A stretch of 64,000 bases of DNA from Nitrospirota bacterium (GTDB lineage Bacteria; Nitrospirota; UBA9217): NCBI GenBank assembly GCA_041476485.1, contig JBGOTO010000001.1, positions 770-64,769 of the forward strand, given 5' to 3'. Below the pieces are notes generated by a model. It was not told where the DNA came from. It did no database searches and saw only the letters and a list, made by a program, of their open reading frames with translations. Positions 1 through 7,883 of this stretch are shown one piece after another (within the stretch, counting starts at the first letter, position 1; the number at the start of each line of letters is the position of its first letter). Both the position numbers and the translations under genes were made by a program.

Positions 1-1364
1 ACGATCCCCGGGAACGGTTTCGTTGCCGAACCGGGCTTGGCGGTAATAGCGCCGGGGAGCCCCGTGATCAGGATGCCGCCGGTCTCGGTCTGCCACCACG
101 TGTCCACGATCGGAACTTTTCCCTTGCCGACATTCTTGTGATACCACATCCAGGCCTCGGGATTGATCGGCTCTCCCACGGTGCCCAGCACCTTGATGGA
201 CGATAAATCCTTGTTGGCCACCCATTTCTCGCCTTCCTTCATGAGGGCGCGGATGGCCGTGGGCGCGGTGTAGAAGATGTTGACCTTATGCTTGTCCACG
301 ATGTCCCAGAACCTTCCGGCATTCGGGTACGTCGGGATGCCCTCGAACATGAGGGACGTGGCGCCCGCGGAGAGCGGCCCGTACACGATGTAACTGTGTC
401 CCGTTACCCAGCCGATGTCGGCGGTGCAGAAGTGGATGTCTTCTTCGTGATAGTCGAAGATCCACTTGAACGTGAGGTTCGTATACAGCAGGTAGCCTGC
501 CGTGGTATGCAGCACACCTTTGGGCTTGCCGGTCGAACCCGAAGTATAAAGGATAAAAAGCGGGTCTTCCGCGTCCATTTTCTCGGGCTCGCAGTAGAGG
601 GCGATGTCGGGAGCGTTCATTTCCTCGTGCCACCAGGTGTCCCTGTTCGACTCGAGGCTGACCTTGTTCGTGCACGCGTGCTGCACCACGATGACGGTCT
701 TGACCTTGGGGCATTCATTGAGGGCCTGGTCCGCGGTAGTTTTCATGGCAACGAAGCGGCCGCCGCGCACGCCTTCGTCGGCGGTAATGAGCAGCGTGGA
801 CTCGCAGTCCTGAATGCGGTCCATGAGCGACTTGGCGGAAAATCCGCCGAATACGATCGAGTGGATCGCGCCGATGCGCGCGCAGGCGAGCATGGCGATC
901 GGGAGCTCGGGTATCATCGGGAGATAGATCGTTACCCGGTCGCCCTTTTTGACGCCTTTTTTCTTCAGCACATTGGCAAACTTGTTGACCTCGTAATACA
1001 TCTGCTGATACGTGTAGGTCCGGTATTCTCCGCCGTCCGCTTCCCAGATGAGGGCCGCCTTGTTGCGCGTGGGTGTATTGATGTACCGGTCAAGGCAGTC
1101 CACCGAGACGTTGAGTTTTCCGCCGGTGAACCACTTGATGTAAGGCTTGTGGAAATCGTAGTCCAGGACCTTGGTCCATTTCTTGTACCACGTGAGGTTT
1201 TTGTCCGCCTGCTCGCCCCAGAACTTGTCCGGGTTGTCGATGGACTGTTTGTAGAGCTGCTCGTACTCCTTCATGCTCTTGATATGGGCCTTCTGGCTGA
1301 ATTCCTTGGACGGGGGAAACGTCCGTTTCTCCGTCGACAGGACTTGAATGCTGTCTTTTGCCAT
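1..1364 (-). CDS. acs: acetyl-CoA synthetase (AMP-forming), C-terminal part cut by window edge
   Basis: Minus-strand frame from ATG at 1364..1362, with GGAGGA 8 nt upstream, translates [22 protein letters not shown]... It contains [11 protein letters not shown] and WWQTETGG. There is no stop before position 1, so it is absent from the ORF track; the + ORF 288..1571 is its antisense shadow. Confidence 0.9.
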   Translation of the reverse strand, partial: MAKDSIQVLSTEKRTFPPSKEFSQKAHIKSMKEYEQLYKQSIDNPDKFWGEQADKNLTWYKKWTKVLDYDFHKPYIKWFTGGKLNVSVDCLDRYINTPTRNKAALIWEADGGEYRTYTYQQMYYEVNKFANVLKKKGVKKGDRVTIYLPMIPELPIAMLACARIGAIHSIVFGGFSAKSLMDRIQDCESTLLITADEGVRGGRFVAMKTTADQALNECPKVKTVIVVQHACTNKVSLESNRDTWWHEEMNAPDIALYCEPEKMDAEDPLFILYTSGSTGKPKGVLHTTAGYLLYTNLTFKWIFDYHEEDIHFCTADIGWVTGHSYIVYGPLSAGATSLMFEGIPTYPNAGRFWDIVDKHKVNIFYTAPTAIRALMKEGEKWVANKDLSSIKVLGTVGEPINPEAWMWYHKNVGKGKVPIVDTWWQTETGGILITGLPGAITAKPGSATKPFPGI

Positions 1365-1395
1365 GATTCATCCTCCTTCATTACATTAGCTGGGG

Positions 1396-1463
1396 GAATA
1401 AAAAAGGTGAATCAGCGACCGGAGAGAGGGGATATCTCCACCTTGTCCTGTCGCCGATTCACC
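1396..1463 (-). terminator. large inverted repeat plus U-run between actP and acs (minus strand)
   Basis: GGTGAATCAGCGAC (1406..1419) and GTCGCCGATTCACC (1450..1463) form a 14-bp inverted repeat around a ~30-nt loop, with an internal GGATATCC palindrome. On the minus strand it is followed by UUUUUUAU (plus-strand 1398..1405). Confidence 0.4.
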
Positions 1464-1491
1464 GTATTGTATTACTACGAGGGGAGCGGCT

Positions 1492-3237
1492 CTACTCCGC
1501 GCCGATACCCGCGTATGATCTTACTTGTTCCGCATCGAACTTCTCTTCTGCCGTCTTCTCCCGGGTCATGAGCGAGACCAGGATGCCGATCAGGAACGCA
1601 GCGGCCATGGAGTAGATGCCGGGGTTTCTGAGCGGGAAAATCGCTTTCGGCATGGCGGCGGATGCCTCCTTCTTCTGCGCCGTCAACTGATCTTTTTCCT
1701 TGACCGCCGCTGCTATCGCGGTTTCGGCGTTCCCGTTCTTTTTGGAGCCGGGGACGATCTGCTTCTGCAGCTCGGCGATCTTGGCGTCAACGGTGCTCGC
1801 TGCTGCGTCGATCGTTTTGATCTGCGTCTCCACCGTCTTCTTGGCGTCCTTCTGTACGATGTCGACCCATACCGTGGGGCTCAGGATGAGGAGCACGACC
1901 GCGACTGCGAGGCCCGAATAGATGCTCGTCACCGCGCCCATCGTGGTGAATCTCTTCCACATGATGGACATGAGCAGCGCCGGGAAGTTGGCGCTTGCTG
2001 CGATTGCGAAAGTCAGACCGACCAGGAACGCGACGTTCTGCCCCTTGAACAGGATTCCCAGGGAAATGGCGGCGATGCCGAGGCCGACGGTCGCTATCTT
2101 CGCGACCTTCACTTCTTCTTTTTCCGCAGCCACACCGCGCCTGATCACGCCCACGTACAGGTCATGCGAGAGCGCGGACGCGCCGGCAAGTGTTAGACCG
2201 GAGACCACGGCCAGGATCGTGGCAAAGGCCACGGCCGACAGGAAGCCGAGGAAGATGTTCCCTCCGAGGGCCTCCGCGAGGAGCGGGCCGGCCATGTTGC
2301 CGCCGGCATCGATGCCCATGATGACTTTCTGGCCCACGAGTACGGCGGCGCCGAAGCCGATGGTCACCGTCAGGATGTAGAAGTAGCCGATGAACCCGGT
2401 CGCGTAGAACACGGACTTGCGCGCCGCTTTCGCGTCCGGCACGGTGTAGAACCGCATCAGGATGTGCGGGAGACCCGCGGTGCCGAACATGAGCGCGAGC
2501 CCCAGCGAGAACGCGTCAAGGGGGCTGCTGACGAGGACGCCCGGTTCGAGGAATTTCTGGCCCAGCGGCGTGGCGGCGGAGGCCTGTTTGAACAACTCCG
2601 CGTAGCTGAACCCGAACTTGTTGAGGGTCAGGATCACGAGAAGGGTTGCGCCGCCCAGAAGCAGGCAGGCCTTGATGATCTGGACCCACGTCGTGGCGAT
2701 CATGCCGCCGAAGATGACGTAGGAGATCATGAGCGTGCCCGTGATCATGATGGCCAGCTCGAACGGCAGGCCGAACATGAGCTTGATCAGGGTGCCGGCG
2801 CCCACCATCTGCGCGATGAGGTAGGTGAGCACGACCACGAGCGAGCCCGCGGCCGCGGCCGCGCGAATGGGACGCTGCCTGAGGCGAAACGCCACGACGT
2901 CGGAAAAGGTGTACTTGCCGAGGTTGCGCAGCGGCTCGGCGATCAGGAACATGATGATCGGCCACCCTACGAGCCAGCCTACCGAGTAGATGAGCCCGTC
3001 ATAGCCCTTGGTGGACACGAGCCCGGCGATGCCGAGGAACGACGCAGCGCTCATGTAATCGCCCGCGAGGGCAAGACCGTTCTGGAACCCGGTGATGCTT
3101 CTGCCGGCAGCATAAAAATCTTTCGTGGTCCTCGTCCGTTTGGCCGCCCAGTAGGTGATCACCAGGGTACTGATGACGAACAGGACGAAGAACAGGATTG
3201 CAACGGGGTTAGCTTGCCCAATGATTGTCTGATGCAT
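1492..3237 (-). CDS. actP: cation/acetate symporter, sodium:solute symporter family
   Basis: 581-aa multi-TM ORF with an SSS-family signature and a long C-terminal hydrophilic insert; sits immediately upstream of acs on the same strand. Confidence 0.85.
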   Translation of the reverse strand: MHQTIIGQANPVAILFFVLFVISTLVITYWAAKRTRTTKDFYAAGRSITGFQNGLALAGDYMSAASFLGIAGLVSTKGYDGLIYSVGWLVGWPIIMFLIAEPLRNLGKYTFSDVVAFRLRQRPIRAAAAAGSLVVVLTYLIAQMVGAGTLIKLMFGLPFELAIMITGTLMISYVIFGGMIATTWVQIIKACLLLGGATLLVILTLNKFGFSYAELFKQASAATPLGQKFLEPGVLVSSPLDAFSLGLALMFGTAGLPHILMRFYTVPDAKAARKSVFYATGFIGYFYILTVTIGFGAAVLVGQKVIMGIDAGGNMAGPLLAEALGGNIFLGFLSAVAFATILAVVSGLTLAGASALSHDLYVGVIRRGVAAEKEEVKVAKIATVGLGIAAISLGILFKGQNVAFLVGLTFAIAASANFPALLMSIMWKRFTTMGAVTSIYSGLAVAVVLLILSPTVWVDIVQKDAKKTVETQIKTIDAAASTVDAKIAELQKQIVPGSKKNGNAETAIAAAVKEKDQLTAQKKEASAAMPKAIFPLRNPGIYSMAAAFLIGILVSLMTREKTAEEKFDAEQVRSYAGIGAE

Positions 3238-3238
3238 G

Positions 3239-3553
3239 TTATCCTCCCACCTTTTCTATGACTTTTTTGACCATCTCGTCATATTTCGTGTTCGCCCACC
3301 AGATGTAAATGCCCGTAAACACCCAGGACAGCAGGATGGTCCCGATGGCGATGGGAATCCCGATCGTGGCTGCGCCGCCTTCGCTCATCTTTTGCGCGAG
3401 AAACGGTTTGTTGTACGCGATCAGAGCGATGAACCCGAAGTACAGGACGAGTTCCAGGACCGTGAGGACCCAGGATATTCTGTCCTTTTTGCGGGACAGT
3501 TCCTTGAAATCCGGGTCTTGCATGATTTCGTGTGCCGTTCTTTTACTGCTCAT
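3239..3553 (-). CDS. DUF485 (YjcH-like) small inner-membrane protein
   Basis: 104 aa, two TM helices, 2-nt gap to actP, AAGGAGG RBS; canonical yjcH-actP pairing. Confidence 0.8.
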   Translation of the reverse strand: MSSKRTAHEIMQDPDFKELSRKKDRISWVLTVLELVLYFGFIALIAYNKPFLAQKMSEGGAATIGIPIAIGTILLSWVFTGIYIWWANTKYDEMVKKVIEKVGG

Positions 3554-3615
3554 TAGGTGCCTCCTTTGGAGAGAATGAACGGCGTGCGCATGCGCGCGCC
3601 GTCGCTGCCGGTGCG

Positions 3616-4320
3616 TTAAAAATTACTATACTCATCTGATTGTCTGAAGCGATCACCTCCTTTGAACGGACTCCCGATTTTCAAGAGGTCCCCGATGTCG
3701 GAGACCCCCGCTCCCGAGAGCATCGGGAGAAACCGCTGGAAAAGCTGCGCCGTGGTAAAGGCGTCCATCATGGCGTTATGCGCTCCGATCACGGGAATGC
3801 CGAAGCACGTCGCGATGTCGTACAGCTTGAAGGCCGGCTTGGCTGATGACAAGCCGGGGTGTTCCATCCGCCGCTTCCGCAGCCACTCGTACACACTGAA
3901 GGTGTCCACGGCGGGATTGGAAAGGGGGGCGCCGTGGATCCGCTTCATTTCCCGGTTGATGAACTCGAGGTCTATGGACACGAAGTGACCAACGAGGATG
4001 TCGTTTCCGCAGAACTCGAGGAATTCACGAAGCACGGCGTCGACGTCCGGTTTCGCCATCACCTCCGACGGTGTGATTTCGTGGATGACGACGCTCGAGG
4101 CCGTCAGTTCCGTTGCCGGGCGGATCAGCCGGTAGTAACTGCCCCCGAGCTCTATTTTCCCGCCCGTCACGCGCACGGCGCCGATGGAGACGATGGAGTC
4201 CTTCTTTTCGTCAAGCCCCGTCAGCTCGGTGTCGAGAACGACGTACCGGCCGTTATTTGGGGGCGCGGTCCGATCGAGCCCGAAGGTTTTTTCTCTCGTG
4301 AACTTAAACATGCTGAACAA
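3616..4320 (-). CDS. DnaQ-like DEDDh 3'-5' exonuclease domain protein
   Basis: VVLDTELTGL Exo I motif, a downstream H-x4-D motif, 234 aa. Confidence 0.8.
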   Translation of the reverse strand: MFSMFKFTREKTFGLDRTAPPNNGRYVVLDTELTGLDEKKDSIVSIGAVRVTGGKIELGGSYYRLIRPATELTASSVVIHEITPSEVMAKPDVDAVLREFLEFCGNDILVGHFVSIDLEFINREMKRIHGAPLSNPAVDTFSVYEWLRKRRMEHPGLSSAKPAFKLYDIATCFGIPVIGAHNAMMDAFTTAQLFQRFLPMLSGAGVSDIGDLLKIGSPFKGGDRFRQSDEYSNF

Positions 4321-4341
4321 TGACGCCCGTCTCCCGCGGCC

Positions 4342-6258
4342 TCACCAGATCATCGACTTGTACCGCTCGATGATCTGGTCCTGGATCTTCGAGATGAGCC
4401 CGAAGGCGTCTTTGATCGAGCGTTTCTCGAGGTTACTCAGCCGGTTCGGGTTGATGAAATTATCGGGCCTCTGGCCCGAGCTGAGCTGTTGGTATTGGTG
4501 ATGGATCCGGAGGAGCATGATGAACTCGAAGGCGTTCTCAAAGTCGGCTGCATACTCCTCGACAATCGTGTGCTTGTCCCGCAGCGCCGCGATCCGTTCG
4601 AGGGTCGAGGTCTCCCGGACCCCCTTTTCGAGGGCGAAGAGCCGGATGAGGTCGACGATGGGCGCGATCCCCTTGACCTTCAGGTTCAGCTCGTCTTTAT
4701 GCTCGCCGCTCTTCTCCACGACGAAGGACCTGATGAACCCAACGGGCGGCTTGTTCCTGACCGCCAGGTTCGCCAGAAAGCCGAGAAAGACCTTCTGGTA
4801 CCTGAGGATCGAAACAAGGTGGTTCCGGAGCTCCTCGGCGAGGCCGAGCTCGCCGTGTATGGCGCGGAAATCGAAAAAGGCCACCGAGTTGAGCACCGCG
4901 TCGGGCGCGGGCGCGGACACCCAGGCGGAAAAGTATTTCTTCCAAGTTCCGAGCGGCTGGCACCACTGGGGATTGCTCGCCATGTAGTTCGCCGGGCAAG
5001 GCGGGAACCCGCACTGGCCGAGACTTTCCCGGACGGAGACGGTGAAGGCCGAAAAGTACTCCTTCGCGGCCCGGGCCTCGGCGGGCGTCTCCGGATCGGC
5101 GTAGATTATGGCGTTGTCCTGGTCGGTCTTGAAGGTCTGCTCCTTGCGGCCTTCGCTTCCGAAAAAGATCCAACAGTAGGGGAGCGGGGCGGGGCCGAAC
5201 TGCTTCTCCGTCAATTGGAGCACCATCCGCACGAGCCGTTCGTTGATCTCGGTGATGACCTTGGTGACGTTGCTCGCCTTCGCCCCCTCCTTGAGGAGGA
5301 GCCCGGCGATGCCGTTGATCTTTTTCGAGACCGGCACCAGCCCTTCGATCGTTTGCTGGCTCTCGATGTCCTTCGTGAGCGACAACGGCGAGGTCCCCTG
5401 GAGCATCATGAGGTCATGGTTCGTGATGACGCCCGTGAGCGCCCCGTCCTTGATCACGAGCACGTGATGGATATTATACCGGAGCATCTTGAGGACCGCC
5501 TCGAAGCAATAGTCCGCGGCGTCCACGCGGATGAGCGAGCCGCTCATGATGGCGCGGACCGGCTCCAGCACGTCCCGCCCCTTGGCCACGACTTTTTCCC
5601 GGAGGTCCCGGTCCGTCACGATGCCCGACGGAAGCTGGTTCCGGTCCATGATGACGAGGGAGCTGACCCTTTGCTCGGCCATGAGCTGCGCAGCTTCCTG
5701 GATGGCGGTCTCCTCCGGAGCGAAGACCACTTCCTTTGTGGCGATGTCTCCCACCCGCGTCGTGAACAGCAGACGGTCGCTGCCTCCATAGAAGAGGCTC
5801 TTACTCTGCATTTCCTGGTACGTCCGGTCGATGTATTTCGTTATGTGTGATTTTAGAAAAAATTCCGTAAAGGAAAGGTGAGAGTCGAGGAGCTTCACGA
5901 GCAGCTCCCGCTCCAGGAGATAACAGATCGTGTCCTCGACGGCGATAATATTCGACCGCACCCGGTCTTTCCCGACGAGCGAAAGGAACCCGAAGGTGTC
6001 TCCTTCGCACCGGCAGTCGATCACTACCTCTTCCCCGTCCTCGTCTATCATCGAGACCTTGACGCTGCCCTTCTTAATGATACGCAAGGCCTCGCTGGGC
6101 GACCCGTCCTGTCTCATGATCACCATGTCCTTGGGATAGAACTCCATGGACAGATGGGACGCCACCTCCGCGAGTTCCGGTTCGTCAAGAAACTGGAACG
6201 GAGGCACCATTTTTAGAAAGGTTATAACGTCTTCGAGAATCATAGCCGTCGACATCAT
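4342..6258 (-). CDS. cNMP-binding + tandem CBS + DUF294 (GlnD-like) nucleotidyltransferase + DUF294_C signalling protein
   Basis: N-terminal cyclic-nucleotide-binding fold (FGFLSLVGKDRVRS), two CBS repeats, NTase motif FGSEGRKEQTFKTDQDNAI (G-S-x9-D-x-D), and a C-terminal helical substrate-binding-like domain. Confidence 0.75.
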   Translation of the reverse strand: MMSTAMILEDVITFLKMVPPFQFLDEPELAEVASHLSMEFYPKDMVIMRQDGSPSEALRIIKKGSVKVSMIDEDGEEVVIDCRCEGDTFGFLSLVGKDRVRSNIIAVEDTICYLLERELLVKLLDSHLSFTEFFLKSHITKYIDRTYQEMQSKSLFYGGSDRLLFTTRVGDIATKEVVFAPEETAIQEAAQLMAEQRVSSLVIMDRNQLPSGIVTDRDLREKVVAKGRDVLEPVRAIMSGSLIRVDAADYCFEAVLKMLRYNIHHVLVIKDGALTGVITNHDLMMLQGTSPLSLTKDIESQQTIEGLVPVSKKINGIAGLLLKEGAKASNVTKVITEINERLVRMVLQLTEKQFGPAPLPYCWIFFGSEGRKEQTFKTDQDNAIIYADPETPAEARAAKEYFSAFTVSVRESLGQCGFPPCPANYMASNPQWCQPLGTWKKYFSAWVSAPAPDAVLNSVAFFDFRAIHGELGLAEELRNHLVSILRYQKVFLGFLANLAVRNKPPVGFIRSFVVEKSGEHKDELNLKVKGIAPIVDLIRLFALEKGVRETSTLERIAALRDKHTIVEEYAADFENAFEFIMLLRIHHQYQQLSSGQRPDNFINPNRLSNLEKRSIKDAFGLISKIQDQIIERYKSMIW

Positions 6259-6531
6259 AGTAATCTCTAATATAGCAAAAAGGATACCATTTTACCCGAC
6301 AATCCAACCCGGCTATCTTAGTTGGCAAATTCACTCTACGTTTAGATAAAAAATACTAAAAAATCGGTAACTTACAAGGACAGAAATAGATCGGGAAAGA
6401 ATTGGCGCTCGTGAAAAGAGCTGATCATTGGCAGCAGAAATGGACGGGATGGTTGGTTACAAGGTGTGGCAATGTAACAATAAGTAACGAAGTGCAAACA
6501 ACATCCGGAAGCGTTGCGACGCGGGTCCGGG

Positions 6532-7881
6532 CTACTTTCTGGGGGAATTCCACTTCTTTCGCTTTTCCCATAGGGATTTCCGGGTTATCCCGAGCATGTT
6601 CGCGAGCTGCTGCTCGGTGTAAGCTCCCTGGTGGGTAATGATAAAATTTTTGGCATAGTCTTCAATAGAAAGCTTCCCGGGGAAGGCCTGTTGATCGGGC
6701 TGGTAGGCCTCTTTTTTCATATCCTCCGGCAGGTGGTCCGGACCGATGACGTTGCCGTCCGATATAAGAATGGCCCGTTCGAGCACATTCTGGAGTTCCC
6801 GTATGTTGCCCGGCCAGGCATACTCCCGGATAAAACCGAACGCCTCGTCTGACACTTCCTTCCGCTGTTTTCCCATTTCCTGGGAATACCGCTCCAGGTA
6901 ATAGTTGACGAGGGCGGGGATGTCCTCCCTGCGTTCGCGGAGCGGCGGGATAAGAAGGGTGATCACATTGATCCGGTAGTAGAGGTCTTCCCGGAAGGTC
7001 CCGTTCCGGACGGCGGCTTTGAGGTCCTTGTTCGTGGCGGTGATGAACCGTATTTCGATCTTCGCAGTTTTCGTGCTGCCCACGGGCCTGATCATTTGGT
7101 CCTCGAGGACCCGCAGGAGTTTTACCTGGAAGGAGAGACTGACGTCGCCGATCTCGTCGAGAAACACCGTGCCGCCGTCCGCCTCTTCGAGGAGCCCCTT
7201 TTTGGACAGCACGGCCCCGGTGAAGGCCCCCCGCACGTGGCCGAAGAGCTCGCTTTCGAGCAGGGTCTCGGGGATGGCGGAGCAATTGATCGGCACAAAA
7301 GGCATGGCGCTCCGTGAGCTGTTGTGGTGGATGACCCGCGCGAAGAGTTCCTTGCCCGTTCCGGTCTCTCCGCGAAGAAGGATGTTGCTTTTCGAATCCG
7401 CGATTTTCTTTACTTCGCTGATGATGTCTTTGATCGTCGCGCTCTCGCCTATGATGTTGCGGAAATCATGCGTTTGCGCGATTTCGCGCTTGAGGAGGGC
7501 GTTCTCAGCCTGAAGGCCTTTCTGGCGGAGCGCGTTGCGCACGACCTGCTTGATCTCCTCATGGATGACGGGCTTCATGATATAGTCGTAAGCGCCGGCC
7601 CGCAGGGCTTTGACCGCCGTGTCGAGCGAGGCATAGGCGGTCACAATGATGAACACCTGGTCCGGGATCAGCTCCCGGACGTGCGAGAGCAGTTCGATGC
7701 CGTCCATTCCCGGCAGGATGATATCGGAGATGATCACGTCGTAGGAGCCCGATTCGAGAAGGACCAGTCCCTTTTCGGCGGAATCGGCCAGGTCCACGTT
7801 GAACCCTTCCTTGGCAAAGATCCGCTTGAGAGACTCCTGCAGCGTCTTTTCGTCTTCGATGATCATCAGGTTCTTCGACAT
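6532..7881 (-). CDS. sigma-54-dependent response regulator (REC + AAA+ sigma-54 activator + Fis HTH), NtrC/CbrB type
   Basis: D-box receiver; GETGTGKE Walker A; GAFTGA sigma-54 contact motif; C-terminal HTH. Confidence 0.9.
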   Translation of the reverse strand: MSKNLMIIEDEKTLQESLKRIFAKEGFNVDLADSAEKGLVLLESGSYDVIISDIILPGMDGIELLSHVRELIPDQVFIIVTAYASLDTAVKALRAGAYDYIMKPVIHEEIKQVVRNALRQKGLQAENALLKREIAQTHDFRNIIGESATIKDIISEVKKIADSKSNILLRGETGTGKELFARVIHHNSSRSAMPFVPINCSAIPETLLESELFGHVRGAFTGAVLSKKGLLEEADGGTVFLDEIGDVSLSFQVKLLRVLEDQMIRPVGSTKTAKIEIRFITATNKDLKAAVRNGTFREDLYYRINVITLLIPPLRERREDIPALVNYYLERYSQEMGKQRKEVSDEAFGFIREYAWPGNIRELQNVLERAILISDGNVIGPDHLPEDMKKEAYQPDQQAFPGKLSIEDYAKNFIITHQGAYTEQQLANMLGITRKSLWEKRKKWNSPRK

Positions 7882-7883
7882 GT

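Noticed and set aside
288-1571. 427-aa + strand ORF
   Set aside because: It is the antisense shadow of acs (high-GC frame). The acs frame on the minus strand has canonical AMP-binding motifs and an RBS.
4489-5850. 453-aa + strand ORF, and similar long antisense ORFs (8499..10157, 19411..20643, 23832..24761, 31636..33336, 41522..42565, 45160..46158, 47655..48521, 48941..49804, 51657..52367, 55784..56488, 57378..58661, 59922..60875, 60939..61628, 62379..63200)
   Set aside because: Each lies fully inside a well-supported gene on the opposite strand and has Arg/Ala/Gly/Pro-rich low-complexity translation typical of GC-rich antisense frames.
6259-6531. Sigma-54 (-24/-12) promoter for the DUF294-exonuclease-actP-acs genes
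   Set aside because: I scanned both strands for TGGCAC-N5-TTGCW. The best candidate (around 6490, minus strand) has off-by-one spacing, so it is not reported.
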